Below are positions 13,328 through 26,594 of a stretch of 64,000 nt of DNA, piece by piece (within the stretch, counting starts at the first letter, position 1; every line of letters begins with the position of its first letter). A model generated the notes under the pieces. That model did no database searches, was not told the DNA's origin, and saw nothing but the letters and a program-made list of their open reading frames with translations. Source of the stretch: Macrostomum hystrix (lineage: Eukaryota; Animalia; Platyhelminthes); contig CATNEN010000008.1 of assembly GCA_950097015.1 (NCBI GenBank), positions 1,736,001 through 1,800,000 of the forward strand, written 5' to 3'. A program made the translations under genes and the position numbers.

Positions 13328-16300
13328 AAAAGTTCATACGAAGTCTTCTTGTCTTTCAATTCGTCATCTTATCCACTCGGTCAGCTTATTTGCGGCCGCG
13401 GATAAGCCAAATTCCTGACTTATGAATTGTCCAAGAATTGTGCCCCGGGCACAATAGACAGCTAAGGAAGTCTTCACTTATAATCCCATTTTTACATTTT
13501 ACCCTGTGAGTTGCGCTGTCTGCCGAGCCAGCCACCTCCACCACCCCCACTGCCCCAATCTGCTCAACGAATTTCTGATAAGCGGCGAATTATTCTGGGA
13601 GTGCGCGGGGTGAGAAAGCCGCCAAGGCTTCTTCGGGGCTCTGAAGAAGGATTAAGGATTGTATTTCATCAATTAGGGGGCCAAATATTTGCTCTGGGGA
13701 GGGGAGGGGGTGGGCAGACGGACTAGTTCGAACCGGGAAGAGAAAAAAACTGGTGAAGTTAAGATGGGAGAAAAATAAGAGGATTCTTCTCTTATAATCC
13801 TTTCATAATCCAGAGAAAATTAAAGCAGACATGACTGCTTATCTTTGCTTCTGAATTGTTTTGGCTCTTGAGAAACCGCTTGGGCTGCATAGTAAGCTTG
13901 TTGTTAGCTATACAGTCCCTACGTATTTATCCCAATCCTCACCCACACCCCAACTGATTTATCCCATTCCTGAACCACACCCCAACTGATTTATCCCATT
14001 CCTGAACCACAACCCAACTGATTTATCCCATTCCTGAACCACACCCCAACTGATTTATCCCATTCCTGAACTGCACCCAAACTGATTTATCCCATTCCTG
14101 AACCACAACCCACCTGATTTATCCCATTCCTGAACCACACCCCAACTGATTTATCCCATTCCTGACCCACAACCCAACTGATTTATCCCATTCCTGAACC
14201 ACAACCAAACTGATTTATCCCATTCCTGAACCACAACCCACCTGATTTATCCCATTCCTGACCCACAACCAAACTGATTTATCCCATTCCTGAACCACAA
14301 CCAAACTGATTTATCCCATTCCTGACCCACACCCCAACTGATTTATCCCATTCCTGAACCACAATCCACCTGATTTATCCCATTCCTGACCCACAACCAA
14401 ACTGATTTATCCCATTCCTGAACCACACCCCAACTGATTTATCCCATTCCTGAACTACACCCAAACTGATTTATCCCATTCCTGAACCACAACCCACCTG
14501 ATTTATCCCATTCCTGAACCACACCCCAACTGATTTATCCCATTCCTGACCCACAACCCAACTGATTTATCCCATTCCTGAACCACAACCAAACTGATTT
14601 ATCCCATTCCTGAACCACAACCCACCTGATTTATCCCATTCCTGACCCACAACCAAACTGATTTATCCCATTCCTGAACCACAACCAAACTGATTTATCC
14701 CATTCCTGACCCACACCCCAACTGATTTATCCCATTCTTGAACCACAACCCACCTGATTTATCCCATTCCTGAACCACAACCAAACTGATTTATCCCATT
14801 CCTGACCCACACCCCAACTGATTTATCCCATTCCTGAACCACAACCCACCTGATTTATCCCATTCCTGACCCACAACCAAACTGATTTATCCCATTCCTG
14901 AACCACACCCCAACTGATTTATCCCATTCCTGAACTACACCCAAACTGATTTATCCCATTCCTGAACTACACCCAAACTGATTTATCCCATTCCTGAACC
15001 ACACCCCAACTGATTTATCCCATTCCTGACCCACAACCCAACTGATTTATCCCATTCCTGAACCACAACCAAACTGATTTATCCCATTCCTGAACCACAA
15101 CCCACCTGATTTATCCCATTCCTGACCCACAACCAAACTGATTTATCCCATTCCTGAACCACAACCAAACTGATTTATCCCATTCCTGACCCACACCCCA
15201 ACTGATTTATCCCATTCTTGAACCACAACCCACCTGATTTATCCCATTCCTGACCCACAACCAAACTGATTTATCCCATTCCTGAACCACAACCAAACTG
15301 ATTTATCCCATTCCTGAACCACAACCCAACTGATTTATCCCATTCCTGAACCACACCCCAACTGATTTATCCCATTCCTGACCCACAACCCAACTGATTT
15401 ATCCCATTCCTGAACCACAACCAAACTGATTTATCCCATTCCTGAACCACAACCCACCTGATTTATCCCATTCCTGAACCACACCCCAACTGATTTATCC
15501 CATTCCTGAACCACACCCCAACTGATTTATCCCATTCCTGAACTACACCCAAACTGATTTATCCCATTCCTGAACCACACCCCAACTGATTTATCCCATT
15601 CCTGACCCACATCCCAACTGATTCATCCCATTCCTGAACCACAACCAAACTGATTTATCCCATTCCTGAACCACAACCCACCTGATTTATCCCATTCCTG
15701 AACCACACCCCAACTGATTTATCCCATTCCTGAACTACACCCAAACTGATTTATCCCATTCCTGAACCACACCCAACTGATTTATCCCATTCCTGAACCA
15801 CACCCCAACTGATTTATCCCATTCCTGAACCACAACCCACCTGATTTATCCCATTCCTGACCCACACCCCAACTGATTTATCCCATTCCTGAGCCACACC
15901 CCAACTAATTTATCCCATTCCTGAACCACACCCCAACTGATTTATCCCATTCCTTAACTGACAATCCATCTAAAAATATCCCCTTCTTCCCACTATTCGC
16001 TGGCTTTGAATAACTTTTTGTTCTTAGATTTGCAGTTCTCTAGCTTCAACAAACTCATTGTCCCAATCGCCAAACGCCAAACGCCAAAGTCCCTTCTTAA
16101 ACCAGTTCAATCCGCTCACGCGTTCCTGATACTTCATTCGATGCCTTACGAATCCGTCAGTGGGTGGAGGCCAGATTGGCTCCGGCCAATGATTTCTTTA
16201 ACTTCTTTCGCACAATTTCGTTTAACTTTTCGTCAGCAAAAAACGGGACGGTTTCCATGTTGACCGCTTGTCGAGAGACTGAGTGGAATGTGAACTACAA

Positions 16301-16342
16301 ATTAGAACTTTTGCGACTGCCTAAACTGACTGCTTGTGCCTG

Positions 16343-16411
<69 letters not shown>

Positions 16412-16628
16412 ATCTATCTATCTACTCTGACTCACCCTTCAACAGCGAGTCCAGCAGGAAGGTGACCTGATCTCTGGTGCTGCTCAGACCTGCCATTGCT
16501 CGTCGCATAGACTCGGTACCACGCAGCATAGTCATTTGACAAATGGCTTGCTGAATCAGCAATGCCAATAGCAGCAGCAGCAGCAGCAGCAGCGTAAACT
16601 GAGGCGATGGCTTCGCAAATGCTACCAT
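7262..16628 (-). CDS. GABA-A receptor-like Cys-loop channel subunit, alpha-like GRD/8916 type, 6 exons, ~561 aa
   Basis: Exons 16628-16436, 13001-12807, 11513-11330, 10192-9925, 8162-7659, 7603-7262 (last acceptor ambiguous). Poly-Leu signal peptide, [22 protein letters not shown], Cys-loop [22 protein letters not shown]1-M3 [37 protein letters not shown]4 [12 protein letters not shown]. Confidence 0.93.
8330..9600. repeat. Purine-rich 16/32-bp minisatellite (GAGATGAGAAGGGAAA/GAGATGAGACGGGTGA) in GABA-receptor intron 4
   Basis: Alternating 16-mers read directly; same family as the arrays at 22095 and 36540 but opposite orientation. Confidence 0.95.
10215..11285. repeat. 27/29-bp minisatellite (GATAGTGGTGGAGTAGAGTCTTCAAAT grading to GATAGTGGTGGAGTAGGGTTTTCAAGGTA) filling GABA intron 3
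   Basis: Read directly; occupies over 90% of intron 10193-11329. Confidence 0.95.
11565..11792. repeat. 21-bp minisatellite (GGGAGTGAGGTGGTTGGCAGA), ~11 copies
   Basis: Read directly; GABA intron 2. Confidence 0.95.
12250..12700. repeat. 42-bp minisatellite (GTCTTGTGTGTTATCTTTGAGTTAAGATAAGGAGTGGAAGTA), ~8 good plus degenerate copies
   Basis: Read directly; GABA intron 2. Confidence 0.93.
13203..13327. repeat. (CTGT)n microsatellite
   Basis: Read directly. Confidence 0.97.
13925..15955. repeat. 32-bp minisatellite (ACCACACCCCAACTGATTTATCCCATTCCTGA), ~63 copies, with a 480-bp higher-order duplication
   Basis: Period 32. Rare variants recur at 14454/14934 and 14738/15218. Confidence 0.96.
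16343..16423. repeat. (CTAT)n microsatellite next to the GABA exon-1 donor
   Basis: Read directly. Confidence 0.97.
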
Positions 16629-17259
16629 TCTTCGAAACAGTACAGTCCCAGTACGAGACACGACAGTCCTACTCAAACTTGAGTTATTTATTATTGACCA
16701 ACGGCGCCAGATTGTTCAATCCGAACTGTACGTCAGAAGCCGAACTGATAAATTGGCAGCTAAAAATGAAAGATATAGAACCAGTTGCTCTTATCATAAG
16801 CGGCGCACTGCCTAAAAAAAGTTTTCCCCTCGCTAGTTCTCTGGGTTTTTTTATTCCGCGCCCAAATTTTTTTGTCACCGCGGCCAGGACTCAAAAAGGA
16901 GCCAATCATAATTTTTCTACTCCCAGTTAGACTAGGGAGATTATTCAGAGCCGTCTCGAGTTTGTCAATCAATAATAAGCCTTGTCTACTAAGCGTGTCA
17001 TGTTAGTGCTAATGAATGCAGGCTTTGGCCTTGTAGAGCAACGGCTTAAAAATGTGTGCCGCACCTCGTATGTTCAACACCTGTCGGCATTTTTTGGGGG
17101 GTATTTTACTTCCCGTCGTCCGGTAGCGAGGGGGTGACGAGAGTCAGGAGAGCGTCAAAGTTGAACTGAAAATCCACACTTGGACAAATGCGTTAAAGCT
17201 GTGTAAATATGTTGTGATACCCACCGCAATGGCTTAACATCGTAACCTCAAGCTTATAA

Positions 17260-18115
17260 GATCTAGATTCTCAATCTTATGGGATCTAGATTCTCGAGAT
17301 TATGGGATCTAGATCCTCAAACCCGTGAAATCTAGATGCTAAAACCCGTGAAGTCTAGATCCTCAAACCCATGGGATCTAGATCCTCAAACCCGTGGGAT
17401 CGATATCCTCAAACCCATGGGATCTAGATCCTCAAACCCGTGGGATCGATATCCTCAAACCCGTGGGATCTATATCCTCAAACCCGTGGGATCTATATCC
17501 TCAAACCCATGGGATCTATATCCTCAAACCCGTGGGATCTATATCCTGAAACCCGTGGGATCTATATCCTCAAGCCCGTGGGATCTAGATCCTCAAACCC
17601 GTGGGATCGATATCCTCAAACCCGTGGGATCTATATCCTCAAACCCGTGGGATCTATATCCTCAAACCCGTGGGATCTATATCCTCAAACCCGTGGGATC
17701 TATATCCTCAAACCCATGGGATCTAGATCCTCAAACCCGTGGGATCGATATCCTCAAACCCATGGGATCTATATCCTCAAACCCATGGGATCTATATCCT
17801 CAAACCCATGGGATCTAGATCCTCAAACCCGTGGGATCGATATCCTCAAACCCGTGGGATCTATATCCTCAAACCCGTGGGATCTATATCCTCAAACCCG
17901 TGGGATCTATATCCTCAAACCCGTGGGATCTATATCCTCAAACCCATGGGATCTATATCCTCAAACCCGTGGGATCGATATCCTCAAACCCGTGGGATCT
18001 ATATCCTCAAACCCGTGGGATCTATATCCTCAAACCCGTGGGATCTATATCCTCAAACCCGTGGGATCTATATCCTCAAACCCGTGGGATCTATATCCTC
18101 AAACCCGTGGGATTT
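17260..18115. repeat. 23-bp minisatellite (GGGATCTATATCCTCAAACCCGT), ~36 copies
   Basis: Read directly; upstream of the GABA-receptor gene. Confidence 0.96.
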
Positions 18116-19014
18116 ATTTTATCTGATCTGATTATCTCTAATCATTAAAAATGATCCCTTATCCCAAAAAGAATTCCTGATCCTCAGATCTTCAAACATG
18201 GTCCCTAATCATGTCCCGGGAATTCTGATGCTAGTTAAAAAGTACATTTCACATCCTATTGCAAAACCAGCCCCTTTCAGCCTAATCTAAATTCTGTCAG
18301 TGCAACTGTCAATTAATTATCTCGTCGAATCGTCAAACTTGACTTGTTGAGAATTTCAATATTTTTCATTCACAATGAGCAAACTGAATAAAGATAAGAA
18401 AAAGACAAATTAAAAGTGCAAGCAAAGCTGAGAAAGGAGATCGCTCACCAGTTGGCTGTGACGATCCTCAAGGATTTCCTGGAATCTGAGCCCAGAAAGT
18501 CGCGCAGGAAGTTTGGATGCAAATTTTTGTTAAATCTTCGATCCCATGAAGGTCAAAAATCCCGGGCTCTAGGATTGGGAGATGATGTGAAACAGAAGGG
18601 AATTTATCCCCAAATCAAACCGGGTCTGTGTTTTCCATCAAAGAGTTGCTAACTGGGAGACAAGCTCTGATTGGCTGTCTTAAAAGTCTTCTTTTCAGAA
18701 AGATTTCAGCAGAAAACAAGAGTACGAACTGACAACTTATCCCTTTGGGATCTGCGACATGGGTCTCAACGTCTGCCCTGTATTTAGTTTTTTACGTTAT
18801 ATCTTAAATGATATTAGTTAACTGGAGAATATTTTGCCACTGTAAAATATAATTTCTAAGATTTTTTCAATTTGGCAATCGATTAGAGTTTCCTAGAAAT
18901 CGCCGATTCAGTCAGACGCAAAAAATGCACTTTAAGAAAATCCCAGATGACATTAGTGTCTGATATTTTAGTTTGTTGTCTGTGAAAAGAATATTTCAAA
19001 TTTAAAATGATCGA

Positions 19015-21440
19015 TCCTGTTAGATAGATGATTTGTTAGACAGACGGCTCTGAAACCGTTAGACTGTTTCTCAGCCTGTTAGATAGACTGTTCTCAACCT
19101 GTTAGATAGACTGTTTCTCAGCCTGTTAGATAGACTGTTCTCAACCTGTTAGATAGACTGTTTCTCAACCTGTTAGATAGACTGTTTCTCAACCTGTTAG
19201 ATAGACTGTTTCTCAACCTGTTGGACAGACTGTTTCTCAACCTGTTAGATAGACTGTTTCTCAACCTGTTGGACAGACTGTTTCTCAACCTGTTATATAG
19301 ACTGTTTCTCAACCTGTTAGACAGACTGTTTCTCAACCTGTTAGATAGACTGTTTCTCAACCTGTTAGATAGACTGTTTCTCAACCTGTTAGATAGACTG
19401 TTTCTCAACCTGTTAGATAGACTGTTCTCAACCTGTTAGATAGACTGTTTCTCAACCTGTTAGACAGACTGTTTCTCAACCTGTTAGATAGACTGTTTCT
19501 CAACCTGTTAGATAGACTGTTTCTCAACCTGTTAGACAGACTGTTTCTCAACCTGTTAGACAGATTGTTTCTCAACCTGTTAGATAGACTGTTTCTCAAC
19601 CTGTTAGATAGACTGTTTCTCAACCTGTTAGATAGACTGTTCTCAACCTGTTAGATAGACTGTTTCTCAACCTGTTAGATAGACTGTTCTCAACCTGTTA
19701 GATAGACTGTTTCTCAACCTGTTAGATAGACTGTTTCTCAACCTGTTAGATAGACTGTTTCTCAACCTGTTGGACAGACTGTTTCTCAACCTGTTAGATA
19801 GACTGTTTCTCAACCTGTTGGACAGACTGTTTCTCAACCTGTTATATAGACTGTTTCTCAACCTGTTAGATAGACTTTTCTCAACCTGTTAGATAGACTG
19901 TTTCTCAACCTGTTAGATAGACTGTTTCTCAACCTGTTAGATAGACTGTTTCTCAACCTGTTAGACAGACTGTTTCTCAACCTGTTGGACAGACTGTTTC
20001 TCAACCTGTTGGACAGACTGTTTCTCAACCTGTTAGATAGACTGTTTCTCAACCTGTTAGACAGACTGTTTCTCAACCTGTTGGACAGACTGTTTCTCAA
20101 CCTGTTAGACAGACTGTTTCTCAACCTGTTAGATAGACTGTTTCTCAACCTGTTGGACAGACTGTTTCTCAACCTGTTAGACAGACTGTTTCTCAACTTG
20201 TTAGATAGACTGTTTCTCAACCTGTTAGATAGACTGTTTCTCAACCTGTTAGATAGACTGTTTCTCAACCTGTTAGATAGACTGTTCTCAACCTGTTAGA
20301 TAGACTGTTTCTCAACCTGTTAGATAGACTGTTTCTCAACCTGTTAGATAGACTGTTCTCAACCTGTTAGATAGACTGTTTCTCAACCTGTTAGACAGAC
20401 TGTTTCTCAACCTGTTAGATAGACTGTTTCTCAACCTGTTAGATAGACTGTTTCTCAACCTGTTAGACAGACTGTTTCTCAACCTGTTAGATAGACTGTT
20501 TCTCAACCTGTTAGATAGACTGTTTCTCAACCTGTTAGATAGACTGTTTCTCAACCTGTTAGATAGACTGTTTCTCAACCTGTTAGATAGACTGTTCTCA
20601 ACCTGTTAGATAGACTGTTTCTCAACCTGTTAGATAGACTGTTTCTCAACCTGTTAGATAGACTGTTTCTCAACCTGTTAGACAGACTGTTTCTCAACCT
20701 GTTGGACAGACTGTTTCTCAACCTGTTAGACAGACTGTTTCTCAACCTGTTAGATAGACTGTTCTCAACCTGTTAGATAGACTGTTTCTCAACCTGTTGG
20801 ACAGACTGTTTCTCAACCTGTTAGACAGACTGTTTCTCAACCTGTTAGATAGACTGTTCTCAACCTGTTAGATAGACTGTTTCTCAACCTGTTGGACAGA
20901 CTGTTTCTCAACCTGTTAGACAGACTGTTTCTCAACCTGTTGGACAGACTGTTTCTCAACCTGTTAGATAGACTGTTTCTCAACCTGTTAGATAGACTGT
21001 TTCTCAACCTGTTAGATAGACTGTTTCTCAACCTGTTAGATAGACTGTTCTCAACCTGTTAGATAGACTGTTTCTCAACCTGTTAGACAGACTGTTTCTC
21101 AACCTGTTAGATAGACTGTTTCTCAACCTGTTAGATAGACTGTTTCTCAACCTGTTAGATAGACTGTTTCTCAACCTGTTAGATAGACTGTTTCTCAACC
21201 TGTTAGATAGACTGTTCTCAACCTGTTAGATAGACTGTTTCTCAACCTGTTAGATAGACTGTTTCTCAACCTGTTAGATAGACTGTTTCTCAACCTGTTA
21301 GATAGACTGTTTCTCAACCTGTTATATAGACTGTTTCTCAACCTGTTAGACAGACTGTTTCTCAACCTGTTGGACAGACTGTTTCTCAACCTGTTAGATA
21401 GACTGTTTCTCAACCTGTTGGACAGACTGTTCCTAACCTG
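19015..21440. repeat. 24-bp minisatellite (CTGTTAGATAGACTGTTTCTCAAC), ~100 copies with sporadic 23-bp units
   Basis: Read directly; explains the RNSLSNRL and DRLFLNLL pseudo-ORFs. Confidence 0.97.
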
Positions 21441-22094
21441 TAGGATAATATGTTCTCAACTTGTGTTTCTCAACACAAAGACAAATTGTGTTTAATAATA
21501 AAACACTTTTTAAGGGGAATTATGTTTGCATTTTAACTTGTGAAAAATGCCAAAACTCGCCTACTACGAGTAGTAGTTTAACAAGCAAACGAGTTTTTTC
21601 TTTTTGTAAAACGAAGTAGAGATTTGCAACGGAGACCACGCGAAAGTGAAATGGGGCCGTGTTTTGCAGAGCTAAGACAGGGTTAAGTAGCAGCTGAGAG
21701 AAATAAAGTAATTTTCCTGTCCAAATTTGGTTCCTTCGGCCAGGGTCTCGTGTGCCACCGCCACTCTGAGCCAAAGCCCGGCGACCCTATTGTTACCTAT
21801 TGGCGTCATAAGAAAATTCTTATTCTTCTTTCTGCTCTGCGCTAAAGCTGTCTCTTCCTTTCCTAACTTGTTTACCTGATTCGCCCTAGCCACTCATAGC
21901 CTGCGTTTTTGCTGGTCACATTTTGGTTACTCACGAGAGTTATTGTCTGTGCGTTTGTAGCATACCCGTGGCAACGCCAGACCAAAATAATCTCCTCTGC
22001 TAGCAGCAGATCTCTAGAAAGTTAGAATACATTTATGAAGAGTACTTGGGATTGATAAATCACGATAGAAAAACAAGGGCATCTCAATAGCGTG

Positions 22095-23100
22095 TCTCAT
22101 CTCTCCCCTGTTTCATCTCTTCCCTGTCTCATCTCTCCCCTGTCTCATCTCTCCCCTGTCTAATCTCTCCCCTGTCTCATCTCTCTCCTGTCTCATCTGT
22201 CTCCTATCTCATCTCACCCCTGTCTCATCTCTCCCCTGTCTCATCTCTCCCCTGTCTCATCTCTCTCCTGTCTCATCTGTCTCCTATCTCATCTCACCCC
22301 TGTCTCATCTCTCTCCTGTTTAATCTCTCCCCTATCTCATCTCTTCCCTGTCTCATCTCTCCCCTGTCTCATCTCTCCCCTGTCTCATCTCTCCCCTGTT
22401 TCATCTCTTCCCTGTCTCATTTCTCCCCTGTCTCATCTCTCCCCTGTCTAATCTCTCCCCTGTCTCATCTCTCTCCTGTCTCATCTGTCTCCTATCTCAT
22501 CTCACCCCTGTCTCATCTCTCCCCTGTCTCATCTCTCCCCTGTCTCATCTCTCTCCTGTCTAATCTCTCCCCTGTCTCATCTCTCCCCTGTTTCATCTCT
22601 TCCCTGTCTCATCTCTCCCCTGTCTCATCTCTCCCCTGTCTAATCTCTCCCCTGTCTCATCTCTCTCCTGTCTCATCTGTCTCCTATCTCATCTCACCCC
22701 TGTCTCATCTCTCCCCTGTTTCATCTCTTCCCTGTCTCATCTGTCTCCTATCTCATCTCACCCCTGTCTCATCTCTCCCCTGTCTCATCTCTCCCCTGTC
22801 TCATCTCTCTCCTGTCTAATCTCTCCCCTATCTGATCTCTCCCCTGTCTCATCTCTCCCCTGTCTCATCTCTCTCCTGTCTAATCTCTTGCCTATCTGAT
22901 CTCTCCCCTTCATCTCTTCCCTGTCTCATCTCTCCCCTGTCTCATCTGTCTCCTATCTCATCTTACCCCTGTCTCATCTCTCCCCTGTTTCATCTCTTCC
23001 CTGTCTCATCTCTCCCCTGTTTCATCTCTTCCCTGTCTCATCTGTCTCCTGTCTCATCTCTTCTCTTGTTTCATCTCTCCCCTGTCTCGTCTCTCCCCTG
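22095..23100. repeat. 16-bp pyrimidine-rich minisatellite (CTGTCTCATCTCTCCC), GAGATGAGA family
   Basis: Read directly. The right flank (23103-23147) resembles the hAT MITE subterminal sequence. Confidence 0.93.
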
Positions 23101-23864
23101 TTAATCCGGCCCACAGCGTTCTGTCTTAGATTTTCTCATTAGCCCGCTGCTTGGGCATATAACTTCCCTTACTACAGTTTTTTATGATAATTAGTTATGC
23201 TCACTTCGTCCATCATCTTTAGAAGCAATCGGACTATCATGAAGCAGTCTTTCGATTTTATTAGTTTGGCTAAGAGAGAAGACAGAGAAAAAACCAAAAG
23301 ACAGTACCCATGCACTTTTTGGGTCAACACATTTTTTGTCAAGTTTTCGAAAGCGATTAAATGACAAAGAAAAAGAACTTTTAAACTTATTTTAAGTGAG
23401 AAAAAAAGCAACTAGAAATGGCGTTTTTCCACTGTGGGAATGTTTCAGCGAATTCTTGACAGTTAAAAATATGTCGACCTTTCATTCTCACTGTCGCGGT
23501 GCATGCAGAGAGCAAAGTAAACTTTGCGCATTACTTTGCACGAAAATAAACACTCGTTGAAAACTTTTGGCCTGTCTGTCTGCCTTAAAGATAAGCAATA
23601 TGTGCTCAACTGTCAATAAAAAAATACATTGCTCAATTTTAGTGCAGTTGTAGAATAATTTAAGCGGCGATATTAAAAGGCATCTCCAGGGATCCCAGTT
23701 AAAAATATTGGGAACGACCTTGAAAAATCACCGTTCCTTAGGAACGACCTAGAGTTAGTTCCGGAATCGGAACGGAAGGATTGAGCGGTGATTCCGCTGG
23801 GAACGATCTTGGGAACGATCTTGAGACCTCGAAGAATTAGCGTTCGTAAATTAGGAAGGTCATG

Positions 23865-23865
<1 letters not shown>

Positions 23866-23897
<32 letters not shown>

Positions 23898-23915
23898 CCC
23901 TAACCCTAACCCTAA
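23866..23915. repeat. Interstitial telomere-type (CCCTAA)n tract
   Basis: About 8 units of AACCCT within a region rich in GAACGA(C/T)CT motifs. Confidence 0.9.
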
Positions 23916-24037
23916 CACTAAAACCTTTAGAATCACAGTAAAAATGAATAAGCGACCTTGAGGGATCAATGACAGAAAAACGAAAAGAAGAATTTTGAAA
24001 TCCCAGTTAAACTGGGATAGGTTGCAGTTTTAAAAAG

Positions 24038-24137
<100 letters not shown>

Positions 24138-24647
24138 CAGCAGACACACATCTAATAGTGCTCGACGTCAGTTTAAGCATTAGACAGTGAATAGCCTGCA
24201 GTGAATAGCCTGCCAACAACCATCTCTCAGTAAGTAAGATGTTCATGAAAAATAAAGAAAAAACATTATTAGAGATACACAGAGCGTTAATAATACTAAT
24301 TAACCCACAGTGGGTGAGCTTGCTTGCAGACACTAGAGACTGATGCATGGAACCATGGCAACGGGAATTCAAATCTCTCTATACCACCCCCTTTTTAGCA
24401 TTCATTCATTCCTTGCACTAGTCATATCTTCTCAGCATTGTTAGCGCCTCTTCACTGCTTAGTTGAGTTTAGACTCTATCTCCCTCCCTGCTCTGCTATT
24501 GTCAAAGAAATTGCTGCTAAGAGAGGCAATTGCTGCATTCAGATGCTGAGCCTAATTCAGACACTTACAATAGCCCTGCATGTGTGAAACATTGTGAGAA
24601 TTGATGTAGCTGCATTCGCAGAGATAAGCTAAACAATAAAGACTCGA

Positions 24648-26232
24648 AGCTGAATCCAACAGTACAGTCACAGCTGAATCCTACAGTACAGTCACAGCTG
24701 AATCCAACAGTACAGTCACAGCTGAATCCTACAGTACAGTCACAGCTGAATCCAACAGTACAGTCACAGCTGAGTCCTACAGTACAGTCACAGCTGAATC
24801 CTACAGTACAGTCACGGCCGAATCGAACAGTACAGTCACAGCTGAATCCTACAGTACAGTCACAGCTGAATCCTACAGTACAGTCACAGCTGAATCCTAC
24901 AGTACAGTCACAGCTGAATCCTACAGTACAGTCACAGCTGAGTCCTACAGTACAGTCACAGCTGAATCCTACAGTACAGTCACAGCTGAGTCCTACAGTA
25001 CAGTCACAGCTGAATCCTACAGTACAGTCACGGCCGAATCGAACAGTACAGTCACAGCTGAATCCTACAGTACAGTCACAGCTGAATCCAACAGTACAGT
25101 CACAGCTGAATCCTACAGTACAGTCACAGCTGAATCCAACAGTACAGTCACAGCTGAGTCCTACAGTACAGTCACAGCTGAATCCTACAGTACAGTCACG
25201 GCCGAATCGAACAGTACAGTCACAGCTGAATCCTACAGTACAGTCACAGCTGAATCCTACAGTACAGTCACAGCTGAATCCTACAGTACAGTCACAGCTG
25301 AATCCTACAGTACAGTCACAGCTGAATCCTACAGTACAGTCACAGCTGAATCCTACAGTACAGTCACAGCTGAATCCTACAGTACAGTCACAGCTGAATC
25401 CAACAGTACAGTCACAGCTGAGTCCTACAGTACAGTCACAGCTGAATCCTACAGTACAGTCACGGCCGAATCGAACAGTACAGTCACAGCTGAATCCTAC
25501 AGTACAGTCACAGCTGAATCCTACAGTACAGTCACAGCTGAATCCTACAGTACAGTCACAGCTGAATCCTACAGTACAGTCACAGCTGAGTCCTACAGTA
25601 CAGTCACAGCTGAATCCTACAGTACAGTCACAGCTGAGTCCTACAGTACAGTCACAGCTGAATCCTACAGTACAGTCACGGCCGAATCGAACAGTACAGT
25701 CACAGCTGAATCCTACAGTACAGTCACAGCTGAATCCAACAGTACAGTCACAGCTGAATCCTACAGTACAGTCACAGCTGAATCCAACAGTACAGTCACA
25801 GCTGAGTCCTACAGTACAGTCACAGCTGAATCCTACAGTACAGTCACGGCCGAATCGAACAGTACAGTCACAGCTGAATCCTACAGTACAGTCACAGCTG
25901 AATCCTACAGTACAGTCACAGCTGAATCCTACAGTACAGTCACAGCTGAATCCTACAGTACAGTCACAGCTGAATCCTACAGTACAGTCACAGCTGAATC
26001 CTACAGTACAGTCACAGCTGAATCCTACAGTACAGTCACAGCTGAATCCTACAGTACAGTCACAGCTGAATCCTACAGTACAGTCACAGCTGAGTCCTAC
26101 AGTACAGTCACAGCTGAATCCAACAGTACAGTCACAGCTGAATCCAACAGTACAGTCACAGCTGAATCCAACAGTACAGTCACAGCTGAATCAAACAGTA
26201 CAGTCACAGCTGAATCAAACAGTACAGTCACA
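24648..26232. repeat. 24-bp minisatellite (ACAGTACAGTCACAGCTGAATCCT), ~66 copies, 648-bp higher-order repeat
   Basis: Variant CACGGCCGAATCG at 24815, 25031, 25199, 25463, 25679, 25847. Confidence 0.96.
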
Positions 26233-26594
26233 GCTGAGTCCTACAGTACAGTCCAACAGTTCAGCCCAGCAACCAGAATTAGCCAGTTGCGCATGGGAAG
26301 TGGAACATGAAAAAACAAAATTAATGGTCACTCAGTCAGTTCACCCACAGGGACAGTGCAGTCGACGCGTTACTGTGCCGTTCGGAATGCTAGACTTACA
26401 GTACATATTGCACGCAAGTATCTAATGGATAATTGAATGTTTTATGTACTGCACCTTCATTAGCTTAACGAGGGCGTCTTTACAAACTATGGTCAGATAT
26501 TTTGACCGTTGTTGTTCCTAATCAATTTAGGGGGTGATAATAATCTCATGATAACAGTTGTTTCCAAATTTTTACCGGATCGGACTAGAGCATG

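Noticed and set aside
17336-21413. Repetitive ORFs (SISSNPWDLYPQ.., RNSLSNRL..)
   Set aside because: By-products of the 23- and 24-bp arrays; broken by single-base indel units.
23866-23915. True telomere or chromosome fusion site
   Set aside because: Only about 8 units in one orientation, with ordinary sequence on both sides.
24648-26232. Mucin-like YSTVTAES frame in the 24-bp array
   Set aside because: No start codon, splice signals or flanking coding sequence support it.
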